The notes beneath the pieces are model-generated. The model did no database searches and was not told the DNA's origin. It saw only the letters and a list, made by a program, of their open reading frames with translations. DNA of 64,000 nucleotides from Burkholderiales bacterium. GTDB taxonomy: Bacteria > Pseudomonadota > Gammaproteobacteria > Burkholderiales > SHXO01. The stretch covers positions 40,167 through 104,166 of the forward strand of contig DAIQQA010000001.1 in assembly GCA_036787045.1 (NCBI GenBank). The letters run 5' to 3'. The position numbers and the translations under genes are program-made. Position 1 is the first letter of the stretch. Each line of letters starts with the position of its first letter. Positions 54,396 through 63,357 of the stretch are shown one piece after another.

Positions 54396-55424
54396 ATGCG
54401 GGAGAGCCGCAGGAAGTTTCTGCAGGACATCGGCGCGACCGCCGCCGCGGCGACGGTGTCGGTGACATCGACCGGGGCAGCGCGCGCCGCGCACGAGAAG
54501 GACAAGCCGCGCACGGAAGATGCGGACCTGCCGTCTCGGTTGATGGTGGGTCATATCAGACGTGGCGGCAATCTGGCTCTCGCGGTCAAGACCGATCTCG
54601 GTGTGCTGGACGTGCACGGTGCAGCGGAAACGCTCAATTACGACGTGCCCCACTCGCTGGACGAGATGCTGCGCGAAGGCGGCGGGCAGCTCGTGAGCAC
54701 CGTCGTGCTGAAGGCGCGCGGCGCGCAATGGGCGCGCCGCCATTTCTTCCCCGAGGACCAGGTCGAGTTCGGGCCGCCGGTCATGCACCCGGAGAAGATC
54801 ATCTGCGTCGGACTGAACTACCGCAAGCACGCGGCCGAGACCGGTGCACAGGTACCCGCTACGCCGATGCTGTTCAACAAATACAACAACACGCTGATGG
54901 GCCACCGCGGCAAGCTCGCGCTGCCGGCCAAGGTCGCGAACCAGTTCGACTACGAGGTGGAGCTGGTCGTCGTCATGGGTAAGAAGGCGCACGAGGTGAG
55001 CGAGGCGGACGCACTCGGGCACGTGTTCGGCTATGCCACCGGCAACGACTTCTCCGCCCGCGACCTGCAGCGCAAGACCTCGCAGTTCATGCTCGGGAAA
55101 AGCTGCGACGGCTTCGCGCCGCTCGGTCCCTGGATCGTGGGTGCCGGGCTGGTGCCCGACCCGCAGAAGCTCGACCTATGGTGCGAGGTCAACGGGCAGC
55201 GGCGGCAGGCGTCGAACACCGCGGACATGGTCTTCAGCTGCGCGCAGATCGTGAGCTACATCTCACAGCACATGACGCTGATGCCCGGTGACATCATCTT
55301 CACGGGTACGCCAGAGGGCGTGATTGCCGGCATGCCTGAAGGCAAGCGCACCTGGCTCAAATCTGGCGACAACCTGCGCTGTGCGGTGGAGCCGCTGGGC
55401 GTGCTGGAGTTCCGCCTGACCTGA
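54396..55424 (+). CDS. Fumarylacetoacetate hydrolase (FAH)-family protein with twin-arginine signal peptide
   Basis: MRESRRKFLQDIGATAAAATVSVTSTGAARA (Tat motif SRRKFLQ). The FAH core is KIICVGLNYRKHA.E, FNKY, DYEVELVVVMGK, GNDFSARD and GDIIFTGTPEGV. Confidence 0.85.
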   Translation: MRESRRKFLQDIGATAAAATVSVTSTGAARAAHEKDKPRTEDADLPSRLMVGHIRRGGNLALAVKTDLGVLDVHGAAETLNYDVPHSLDEMLREGGGQLVSTVVLKARGAQWARRHFFPEDQVEFGPPVMHPEKIICVGLNYRKHAAETGAQVPATPMLFNKYNNTLMGHRGKLALPAKVANQFDYEVELVVVMGKKAHEVSEADALGHVFGYATGNDFSARDLQRKTSQFMLGKSCDGFAPLGPWIVGAGLVPDPQKLDLWCEVNGQRRQASNTADMVFSCAQIVSYISQHMTLMPGDIIFTGTPEGVIAGMPEGKRTWLKSGDNLRCAVEPLGVLEFRLT

Positions 55425-55430
55425 GACCCC

Positions 55431-55970
55431 TCACCCGGGGAAGCTGCTCCAGTAGGCTGCATAGAAGCCGACCCAGAGCAAGGCGAGCGCAAGGTAGCGC
55501 AAACGCAGCGACATCTTCGGCGCGAGCAGGCGCGAGGTCAGCCCTGCGAGGAGCGTGACGAGCATGAACCGGCCCAGCCGCGCCGGTACTGAGAGCGCGG
55601 CGAAGGCCTCCAGGGTGATCCCCGCCGCGTGCGCCTCCACGGCGTAGATCTTGTAAGGCACACCGGTGAAAGCACCAACGATTGTGGCGGCAGCGCCTTG
55701 CTCACGCAGCTGCTGCGTCACGCGGGCCATCGAACCGCGGCTGATAGCCGGCACTTTCTCCACCACGGCGGCCGCAGCAGCATGATCCCGTGCTGCCCAG
55801 AGGTACATCAGCGTGCCGCCGGCCAACGCACCCAGCAACGTGAGGAAGCAGGCCACCAACGCGGCGCGCAGGTCGCGCACTGCGATCGCGGTAAGCAGCA
55901 CATCGGGCACGACGAAGAACAGGGTTGCCTCGGCGAAGCCCCAGATCGAAGCAAGCAAACGAAGCTTCAT
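55431..55970 (-). CDS. Integral membrane protein (about 5 TM, possibly YqaA/DedA-VTT-like)
   Basis: Starts MKLRLLASIWGFAEATLFFVVPDVLL... and is hydrophobic throughout. The upstream 427 codons of the track ORF are antisense to dadA and were rejected. Confidence 0.6.
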   Translation of the reverse strand: MKLRLLASIWGFAEATLFFVVPDVLLTAIAVRDLRAALVACFLTLLGALAGGTLMYLWAARDHAAAAAVVEKVPAISRGSMARVTQQLREQGAAATIVGAFTGVPYKIYAVEAHAAGITLEAFAALSVPARLGRFMLVTLLAGLTSRLLAPKMSLRLRYLALALLWVGFYAAYWSSFPG

Positions 55971-56096
55971 CGACCCATTGTGCCCGAAGGCCGGAACCGG
56001 CGGCTGCGCGATCGAGCAGCCGTCGCGTGCAGCACCGGTTGCGCCGGAAGCCGGATGATGCGAGGCTAGCGGGTTTGTCAGCCAGCAGGCGTGAAC

Positions 56097-57347
56097 ATGA
56101 AAGTGATGGTTCTGGGTGCGGGCGTGGTCGGCGTGACCAGCGCCTGGTATCTGGCCGAGGACGGCCACGAGGTCACGGTCATCGATCGCCAGCCCGGCGC
56201 GGGGCTGGAGACGAGCTTCGCCAACGGCGGACAGGTTTCGGTGAGCCAGGCCGAGCCTTGGTCGAACCCGGGAGCGCCGGCGAAGATCCTCAAGTGGCTG
56301 GGCGATGAACAGGCGCCCTTGCTGTATCGTCCGATGGCCAGCCTGCGACAGTGGAAGTGGGCAGCGCAGTTCCTGTACGAGTGCCTGCCCGGCCGCACCC
56401 GCGACAACACCGTGCAGATCCTGCGTCTGGCGGTCTACAGCGGAGCGCAGCTCAAGCTGCTGCGTGAGAAGACCGGCGTGCGCTACGACCACCTCGAGCG
56501 CGGGCTCCTGCAGATCTACTACGACCCGCACGAGTTCGAAGGCGCCAAGCGGCGCGCCGAGCTGATCCGTCAGGGCGGGCTGGACGTGCAGGTGAAGAGC
56601 GCGCGGCAGTGCCTGGAGATCGAGCCAGCGCTCGGGCACGGCAAGGTCACACCAGTCGGCGGAACCTATGCGCCGTCGGACGAATCGGGAGATGCCCACC
56701 TCTTCACGCGCAATCTCGCGGAGATCTGCGCACAGCGGGGCGTGCAGTTCCTTTATGGCGTCGCGATCGAGCGCCTGGAGGGACACGAGGGCAAGGTGAC
56801 GGGCGTGCAAGTGCGCCCGCAGGGCGGCGCCTCGGACGTGCTGCGCGCCGACGCAGTGCTCGTGTGCCTGGGCACCTGGACGCCCTTCCTGCTCGAACCG
56901 CTGGGCATCCGGGTGCCGATCTATCCCGTCAAGGGCTACTCCATCACCGCCCCGGTCGTGCGAGCCGATCGCGCACCCAGCGTGTGCCTGACCGACGAGG
57001 GGCACAAGCTCGCCATCTCCAGGCTGGGCGAACGTCTGCGCGTCGCCGGCACCGCCGAGCTGAACGGCTACGACACCGGCATCAGCGCGGTTCGCTGCAA
57101 TGCCCTCATCGAGCGAGCCAAGGTGCTGTTCCCGGATGCGGTGGATTTCGACCGGGCGGAGCGCTGGGCCGGGTTGCGGCCTGCGACGCCCGGCAACGTT
57201 CCCGTCATCGGAGCTACACGCTACCCCAACCTGTTCATCAACGCTGGTCACGGCACGCTGGGCTGGACGCTATGCGCGGGCTCGGGGCGGGCGATCGCGG
57301 ACATCATCGCGGGACGCGCGCCGACGGTCGCGTTTCGCTTCCGCTAG
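56097..57347 (+). CDS. dadA: D-amino acid dehydrogenase small subunit (FAD-dependent)
   Basis: MKVMVLGAGVVGVTSAWYLA..GHEVTVIDR, ETSFANGGQ.S and NAGHGTLGWT. Confidence 0.9.
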   Translation: MKVMVLGAGVVGVTSAWYLAEDGHEVTVIDRQPGAGLETSFANGGQVSVSQAEPWSNPGAPAKILKWLGDEQAPLLYRPMASLRQWKWAAQFLYECLPGRTRDNTVQILRLAVYSGAQLKLLREKTGVRYDHLERGLLQIYYDPHEFEGAKRRAELIRQGGLDVQVKSARQCLEIEPALGHGKVTPVGGTYAPSDESGDAHLFTRNLAEICAQRGVQFLYGVAIERLEGHEGKVTGVQVRPQGGASDVLRADAVLVCLGTWTPFLLEPLGIRVPIYPVKGYSITAPVVRADRAPSVCLTDEGHKLAISRLGERLRVAGTAELNGYDTGISAVRCNALIERAKVLFPDAVDFDRAERWAGLRPATPGNVPVIGATRYPNLFINAGHGTLGWTLCAGSGRAIADIIAGRAPTVAFRFR

Positions 57348-57487
57348 CCCGCGGGAAGGGCTTCCGTCCAGCGATGGGGACGTGATACGGTTTATGTCCG
57401 AGGAGAGGATCGTGATACGTCTCGACTCTACGAGGCAGTGTCGCTCGCAGCCTGCGTCGACCATTTGCTCGTCCGCGATCTGAGCCT

Positions 57488-58387
57488 ATGCTGCCCGATC
57501 TGGTCTCCCTGGCCCTGTTCGTCCGCGTGGCAGAAACGCGGAGCATCACGAAGGCGGCAGAAGCCAGCCATACCGCTCTGGCTGCTGCGAGCCGTCGCAT
57601 CAGCCTGCTCGAGCACCAGTACGGAGTGAAATTACTGAACCGCACGGCCCGAGGCGCGGAGCTGACCCCCGCCGGCCGGGTCGTGCTGCATCGCGCCCGG
57701 CAGATCCTGAGCCAGGTCGATCAGTTGAAAGCGGAGCTGTCCGAATATTCGTCCGGGCGCAAGGGGCACGTACGCATCCAGGCGAGCGCGTCCGCCATTT
57801 CCCAGGTTCTCCCGGCGGATCTGGCGAGCTTCGCGACCCTGGCGCCGGAGGTGGTCATCGCGATGGAAGAGCGCTTCAGCGGCGAGATCGTGCAAGCGTT
57901 GCGTGAGGGCACGACGGACATCGGGGTGATCATGGAAGGCACGCCGATGGATGGGCTGGAATGGCTCGACTACAAGGCCGACAAGCTGGTCGCGGTGGTG
58001 CCGAAGAAGCACCCGCTGCGCAGCCGCAGCGTCGTGTTCTCGGCGTTGCTGGACAGCGATTTCGTGACGCTGGAGAGCGCGACCGCCACTACGCGCCTGC
58101 TGATCGACCAGGCGGCAGTCGCGCGCAAGCCGCTGCGTGCGCGCATCCAGGTCCACAGCTTTGCCGCCTTGTGCAAGATGATCGAGGCTGGGTTTGGCAT
58201 CGGGATCATGCCAGAGGGCGCCGCGCGGCCATTCGTCTCCGCCATGCAGCTTCGATTGGTCCGGCTGAGCGACCCCTGGGCGAAACGGCGCATGTTCGTC
58301 TGTGTTCGCGACTATGAGGCGCTGCCGGCCATCGCCAGGAAGCTGGTCGACCATCTGAAGCGGCAGGCGGAAGCGCCGCACAGCTGA
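57488..58387 (+). CDS. LysR-family transcriptional regulator
   Basis: LVSLALFVRVAETRSITKAAEASHTALAAASRRISLLEHQYGVKLLNRTARG is a canonical LysR HTH. A substrate-binding domain follows. Confidence 0.9.
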   Translation: MLPDLVSLALFVRVAETRSITKAAEASHTALAAASRRISLLEHQYGVKLLNRTARGAELTPAGRVVLHRARQILSQVDQLKAELSEYSSGRKGHVRIQASASAISQVLPADLASFATLAPEVVIAMEERFSGEIVQALREGTTDIGVIMEGTPMDGLEWLDYKADKLVAVVPKKHPLRSRSVVFSALLDSDFVTLESATATTRLLIDQAAVARKPLRARIQVHSFAALCKMIEAGFGIGIMPEGAARPFVSAMQLRLVRLSDPWAKRRMFVCVRDYEALPAIARKLVDHLKRQAEAPHS

Positions 58388-58477
58388 CGGCGAGTCTTCG
58401 CCTTCTGCGAAGCCTGCGTTGACGGATTTGGGATTCCCGCCGGGACGGGATTTCCCCAAGCTAATTGGTTTATGCTG

Positions 58478-58537
58478 CCTGGAACGCTGCGCCCCCTTGG
58501 ACTCTGCGGCCCCCGGAACTTTGCGGCCCTTGGCCCG
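58478..58537. promoter_or_regulatory. Three imperfect direct repeats with a 17-nt period (CTGCGSCCCC..GGAACT) upstream of the ABC transporter operon
   Basis: The units are 58487-58503 ctgcgcccccttggact, 58504-58520 ctgcggcccccggaact and 58521-58537 ttgcggcccttggcccg. Confidence 0.45.
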
Positions 58538-58621
58538 GCGGAAAGGCTGGCCTGATCAGTGTCGACCGGAGGGTGCCGACACGCAGCGCCAACGATTGAC
58601 ACGATAACAATGGAGGAGATC

Positions 58622-59887
58622 ATGTCTGACAACGCCGCAGGGCTGGGGAAACGCCGCCGATTCATCAAAGCCGCGGGTGCGCTCACCGCGGCCGCGGGAC
58701 TGGGTTTCCCCTTCGTCTCACGCGCGCAGAACAAGCCCATCAGGATCGGCGTTCCCACCATCCTGTCCGGCCGCGTCGCGCAACTCGGGATCTCGTCGCG
58801 CAACGCGCTGGCGATGCAGATCGAGAAGTTCAACGCCGCCGGAGGGTTGGGCGGCCGCAAGATCGAGCTCATCACGCGCGACTCGAAGGGCAAGCCCGAC
58901 GAGGCGGCGAACAACACGCGCCACCTCATCAACAGCGAGGGCTGCGAGATCATCGTGAGCGCAGAGTCCTCTGCGGGTGCCTTCGCAGTCCAGGAAGTCA
59001 TCCGCGAGCTCAAGGTCCTGTGCATCCACACCAACTCCGAGACCTCGTCGCTGTCGGCGGATCCGAAGATCCGCGTGCCCACCGCCTTCCGCACCGCGCG
59101 CCAGGGCATCCACGATGCGATCGTCAGCGCAGCCTACGCCGGCAACGTCGCCAAGGCGAAGGGACTGAAGACCTGGATGAGCTGCTCGCCGGACTACGCC
59201 TACGGGCGCGACAACACGTCGCTGTTCCTCGAATACCTCGAGCGCTTCCACCCGGAGATCCAGGTGGTGGGCGAAGCCTGGCCCAAGCTGTTCCAGGCCG
59301 ACTACACCGAGAACATCACCAAGATCCTGCAGACCAAGCCCCAGGCCCTCTACTCGGCCCTGTGGGCCGGCGACCTGGTGTCGTTCGTCGACCAGGCCAG
59401 CATCTACGGTCTGTTCACGCAGACCAACCTGTTCGCGATCAACATGGCCGACTACACCACCCTCACCGCGGTGAAGAACCTTCCCGCGGGGATCCACTCA
59501 GCTACGCGCTACCTGAAGACCTTCCCGACCGGCGCCGAGAATGCCGCCTGGGCGGACACCTACAAGGCTAAGCACGGCGACTATCCGACCAACTGGTCCT
59601 GGGAGAACGCGCTGGCGATGAGCTTCCTGTTCGCGGCGATGCAGAAGACCAACTCGACCGACTCGGCCAAGCTGGCCGATGCGTTGCGCGGAATGAAGAT
59701 CAAGTCGCCGTTCGGAGCGGACGGCACCGTCACGATGCGGGCGGAGGACCAGACCACCATCGGTTACGCGCTGGGCTGGGGCACCACCATCCCCAAGGAG
59801 CCGTACGTCCCCAACGTGACCCCCGGCGACTGGAAGACCATCCTCGAGCACGAGGCAGAGTGGAAGAAGAAGATGGGGTACGCGTAA
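58622..59887 (+). CDS. ABC transporter periplasmic substrate-binding protein (type I PBP, branched-chain amino acid/HAAT family-like) with Tat-type signal
   Basis: RBS GGAGGAG. Signal KRRRFIKAAGALTAAAGLGFPFVSRAQ, then IRIGVPTILSGRVAQLG. It is followed by HAAT-type permeases and ATPases. Confidence 0.88.
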   Translation: MSDNAAGLGKRRRFIKAAGALTAAAGLGFPFVSRAQNKPIRIGVPTILSGRVAQLGISSRNALAMQIEKFNAAGGLGGRKIELITRDSKGKPDEAANNTRHLINSEGCEIIVSAESSAGAFAVQEVIRELKVLCIHTNSETSSLSADPKIRVPTAFRTARQGIHDAIVSAAYAGNVAKAKGLKTWMSCSPDYAYGRDNTSLFLEYLERFHPEIQVVGEAWPKLFQADYTENITKILQTKPQALYSALWAGDLVSFVDQASIYGLFTQTNLFAINMADYTTLTAVKNLPAGIHSATRYLKTFPTGAENAAWADTYKAKHGDYPTNWSWENALAMSFLFAAMQKTNSTDSAKLADALRGMKIKSPFGADGTVTMRAEDQTTIGYALGWGTTIPKEPYVPNVTPGDWKTILEHEAEWKKKMGYA

Positions 59888-59967
59888 GCGGCCCCACTAG
59901 TTAGCCCATAGCGCGGCGCCGGACCTGCGGCGGCCGCTTACCACTGCGTCCGCTGCAAGGGGTCTCC

Positions 59968-60867
59968 TTGGATTTTCAGGCGCTTCTATCGTGCTTCGGG
60001 TCTGCCTCGTGCGTCGTCACGCAGGCCACGGGTGGCCTCATCAGCGGCATGCTGCTGTTCCTGGTTGCGGCCGGGCTGTCGCTGATCTTCGGCACGCTGA
60101 AGGTGATCAACTTCATGCACGGCTCCCTGTACATGCTGGGCGCCTATTTCGCCTATACCGTCTACAACCTGTCCGGCAACTACGCGCTCGCCGTGGTGGG
60201 CGCGACGCTCGGAGTCGGTCTGTTCGCGCTCGTGTTCGAGCGCTTGTTCATGAGCCGGGTGTATGGGTCCGACGTGCTGCTGCAGCTGCTGGTCTGCTAC
60301 GGCTTCATCCTCATCCTCGACGACGCGGTAAAGATCATCTGGGGCGCGGAGTTCCTGGCGATGGGCATGCCCCCCACCTTCCAGCGGCCACCGTTCGTGC
60401 TCGCCGGCGGCGTGCTGCCAGTGTTCTATCTGTTCCTGATCGTCGTCACCCTGCTGGTAGCCGCCGCTCTCGGGTATCTGATCGCCCGGACGCGAATCGG
60501 CAAGATCGTCCGTGCCGCCGCGATCAACCCCACGATGACCTCCGCCCTGGGAATCAACACGGCGCTGGTGTTCGGCGGCGTGTTCGCGCTCGGCGGCATG
60601 CTCGCCGGCCTCGCGGGCGCGCTCGCGGTGCCGGTGCGCTCGCTGGTCGCCGGCATGGGGTTCTCGATCCTGATCGAATCGTTCATCGTGACCGTGGTCG
60701 GTGGGATGGGCTCGGTGCCCGGCGCGCTGGTCGGGGCGCTGCTGATCGGCCTGGTGCGCAGCTTCGGAACGATCGGCTTTCCGCTGTTCACCGAGGGGCT
60801 GATGTTCCTGTTCATGACCCTCATCCTGATCGTCAAGCCGAGCGGCCTGTTCGGCAAGGAACGCTGA
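59968..60867 (+). CDS. livH: HAAT-family ABC transporter permease (LivH-like)
   Basis: The start is TTG with AAGGGG upstream. GLISGMLLFLVAAGLSLIFG, a multi-TM layout, and ...IVKPSGLFGK at the C-terminus. Confidence 0.85.
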   Translation: MDFQALLSCFGSASCVVTQATGGLISGMLLFLVAAGLSLIFGTLKVINFMHGSLYMLGAYFAYTVYNLSGNYALAVVGATLGVGLFALVFERLFMSRVYGSDVLLQLLVCYGFILILDDAVKIIWGAEFLAMGMPPTFQRPPFVLAGGVLPVFYLFLIVVTLLVAAALGYLIARTRIGKIVRAAAINPTMTSALGINTALVFGGVFALGGMLAGLAGALAVPVRSLVAGMGFSILIESFIVTVVGGMGSVPGALVGALLIGLVRSFGTIGFPLFTEGLMFLFMTLILIVKPSGLFGKER

Positions 60868-60870
60868 GCG

Positions 60871-61869
60871 ATGGGACGATCGTCGATCCGACGGGACGCG
60901 CTCATCGCCGCCGGCGCGCTGCTCGTGCTGGCTGCGCTGCCGCTGGTGTTCCCCGGGAAGGCCTTCTCGGACTTCGTCATCCGCCTGTCCGCCTTTGCGG
61001 TCTTCGCCACGTCGCTCAACCTTCTGGTGGGCTACGGCGGCATGGTGTCGTTCGGTCACGGCCTGTTCTACGGACTGGGAGCCTACAGCTTCGCGCTGCT
61101 AATGCAGAAGGCCGGGGTATCGATTCCGACGGCGTTCGCGCTGACGGTTCTGATCAACGGCGCCGTGGCCACGGTCATCGGCGCGATCTGCATCCGCCTG
61201 CGGGAGATTTACTTCTCGTTCCTGACGCTCGCCTTCCAGATGCTGCTGCACAGCCTCATCATCGCCTGGACCTCGCTGACCGGGGGCGATCAGGGGTTGA
61301 CAGGTGGCGTCCCGCGCCCGCCGTTCCTGGGCATCCGTCTGGACGACCCGCATCATCTCTACCTGTTCTGCTGCGTGGTGCTGGTGCTGTCGTTGTATCT
61401 GATGTATCACTTCGTGCAGTCGCCGTTCGGCTATACCTTGCGCATGATCCGCGACAACGCGCAGCGCACCGGCTTCCTCGGCATCCAGGTATGGCGCATC
61501 CGGCTGCTGGCGTTCGTGGTCGCCGGCATCTTCGGGGGAGTGGGCGGCACGCTCATGAGCCTGTTCGTCTCGAGCGCCTACCCGGACTTCGCCTACTGGA
61601 CGATCTCGGGCGAAGCCGTGTTCATGATCCTGCTGGGCGGGATGAGCGTGTTCCTCGGGCCCCTGGTCGGTGCGGTGGTCCTGCTGCTGCTGAGCGATAC
61701 GGTGACGCGGTTCACCGAGTACTTCGGTCTGGTGCTGGGCATCGTCATCCTGTTCTTCGCGCTCGGCCTGCGCAAAGGCCTGCTCGGGTCCGCGCTGGAC
61801 CTTTGGGCGCGGCGAGCCTCGGCTGCGCAGAGCGAGCCGCGCGCGGCGACCGTGGCCGGAAGGGATTGA
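60871..61869 (+). CDS. livM: HAAT-family ABC transporter permease (LivM-like)
   Basis: LNLLVGYGGMVSFGHGLFYGLGAY and GGDQGLTG. Confidence 0.85.
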   Translation: MGRSSIRRDALIAAGALLVLAALPLVFPGKAFSDFVIRLSAFAVFATSLNLLVGYGGMVSFGHGLFYGLGAYSFALLMQKAGVSIPTAFALTVLINGAVATVIGAICIRLREIYFSFLTLAFQMLLHSLIIAWTSLTGGDQGLTGGVPRPPFLGIRLDDPHHLYLFCCVVLVLSLYLMYHFVQSPFGYTLRMIRDNAQRTGFLGIQVWRIRLLAFVVAGIFGGVGGTLMSLFVSSAYPDFAYWTISGEAVFMILLGGMSVFLGPLVGAVVLLLLSDTVTRFTEYFGLVLGIVILFFALGLRKGLLGSALDLWARRASAAQSEPRAATVAGRD

Positions 61870-61870
61870 C

Positions 61871-62626
61871 GTGCTGCGGGTCGAGGAACTGCGCAAGTCG
61901 TTCGGTGGCGTGAGCGCGATGAACGGGGTGAGCCTGAGCTTCGAGGCTGGGTCGCTCACCGCCATCATCGGCCCCAACGGCGCCGGAAAGACGACGTTCT
62001 TCAACCTCATCACCGGCGCGTTCCGGCCCGACAGCGGCAGGGTCCTGCTCGAGGGCGAGGACATCGGGGGACTGCCCGCGCCGGAGATCGTGCGCAGAGG
62101 CATGGGACGCGCGTTCCAGATCGCGAGCATCTTTCCGACGCTGACGGTGCGCGAGGCGATCCTCGGCGCGGTGCACGCGCATCGGCACTGGCATGCCAGG
62201 CTCGGGCGGCGCTTTCCGCTGAGGGAGGCGCAATCGCGGGCCGACGAGGTGATGGAGCTGGTCAAGCTGTCTGCGCGGGCGCGCACGCGGTCGGGCAATC
62301 TCTCGCACGGCGACCAGAAGCTGCTCGACATCGCGTTGGCGCTCGCGCTCGAGCCGCGCGTGCTGCTCCTCGACGAGCCGACTGCGGGCATGGGACCGGA
62401 GGAGCGCTGGCAGATGATCGCGACCGTGCACGAGCTGTGGGAGCGCAAGGGTATGACGCTGATCTTCATCGAGCACGATATGGACATCGTCTTCCGCTAT
62501 GCCCAGACCGTGCGCGTGCTGAGCTACGGCACGGTACTCGCCGAAGGCACGCCGGACGAGGTGCGCCGGCATCCGAAGGTCATCGAGGCCTACCTGGGCG
62601 CCCATTTCGAGGCGCAGCCGGAATGA
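61871..62626 (+). CDS. livG: HAAT-family ABC transporter ATP-binding protein (LivG-like)
   Basis: Walker A GPNGAGKTT, signature LSHGDQKLL and Walker B LLLDEP. Confidence 0.9.
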   Translation: MLRVEELRKSFGGVSAMNGVSLSFEAGSLTAIIGPNGAGKTTFFNLITGAFRPDSGRVLLEGEDIGGLPAPEIVRRGMGRAFQIASIFPTLTVREAILGAVHAHRHWHARLGRRFPLREAQSRADEVMELVKLSARARTRSGNLSHGDQKLLDIALALALEPRVLLLDEPTAGMGPEERWQMIATVHELWERKGMTLIFIEHDMDIVFRYAQTVRVLSYGTVLAEGTPDEVRRHPKVIEAYLGAHFEAQPE

Positions 62627-63339
62627 GCGGTCGAGAGCTGGTCGCGGCCGAGGGCATCGACGTCTTCTACGGCACGAGCCAGATCCTGTTCGGCGTGAGC
62701 CTCACTGTGGCCGAAGGTCAGACCCTGGCCCTGCTGGGGCGCAACGGTGCCGGCAAGTCCACCACGCTCAAGGCGATCGCGGGCATCGCGCCCCCGGTTC
62801 GCGGCATCGTTCGGGTACGCGGAAAGCCGCTGCACGGCGTGAAGCCCCATGTCGTCGCGCGCGCAGGGGTCGGCTTCGTGCCGGAGGACCGGCAGGTTTT
62901 TCCCGAGCACACGGTCGAGGACAATCTGCTCATCGCCGCCAAGAAGGGTCCGGACGGCCAGGACTACTGGAACCCGGCGCGCGTGTACGAGATGTTTCCG
63001 CTGCTAGCGCCGTTGAAGAACCGCATGGGCGGCAACCTCTCGGGCGGCGAGCAGCAGATGCTGACCATCGCACGCACGCTGATGGGCAACCCGATGGTGC
63101 TGCTGCTCGACGAACCCAGTGAAGGCCTGGCTCCGGTCATCGTCGAGCGCATTGGCGAGCTGCTGCGCAAGCTGCGGGACATGGGGGTCACGGTGCTGCT
63201 CGCGGAGCAGAACATGCACTTTTGCCTGGGCATTGCCAGCCACGCGACGGTGATCGACAAGGGCCAGATCGTGTATCACGACACAATCGAGGCGCTGCGC
63301 CACGACGAGGCGGTGAAGAGCCGTTACCTGGCTTTGTAG
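62623..63339 (+). CDS. livF: HAAT-family ABC transporter ATP-binding protein (LivF-like)
   Basis: There is an ATGA start/stop overlap with livG. Walker A GRNGAGKST, signature LSGGEQQML and Walker B LLLDEP. Confidence 0.9.
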   Translation: MSGRELVAAEGIDVFYGTSQILFGVSLTVAEGQTLALLGRNGAGKSTTLKAIAGIAPPVRGIVRVRGKPLHGVKPHVVARAGVGFVPEDRQVFPEHTVEDNLLIAAKKGPDGQDYWNPARVYEMFPLLAPLKNRMGGNLSGGEQQMLTIARTLMGNPMVLLLDEPSEGLAPVIVERIGELLRKLRDMGVTVLLAEQNMHFCLGIASHATVIDKGQIVYHDTIEALRHDEAVKSRYLAL

Positions 63340-63340
63340 G

Positions 63341-63354
63341 AAGCCGGCCGGCTT
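63341..63354. terminator. 14-bp perfect palindrome AAGCCGGCCGGCTT in the 18-nt gap between convergent stop codons
   Basis: Read directly. The stem is short and there is no U-tract, so it is only a weak terminator candidate. Confidence 0.25.
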
Positions 63355-63357
63355 GCC

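Noticed and set aside
55971-57251. Upstream 427 codons of the 606-aa minus-strand ORF (55431-57251)
   Set aside because: This part is antisense to dadA and compositionally shadow-like. Only the hydrophobic C-terminal 179 aa, starting at ATG 55970, look like a real membrane protein.
58470-58540. Sigma-54 (-24 GG / -12 GC) promoter within the GGAAC...TGC repeats upstream of the ABC operon
   Set aside because: The GG-N10-GC spacing of the consensus TGGCAC-N5-TTGC is not satisfied in any of the three repeat units.
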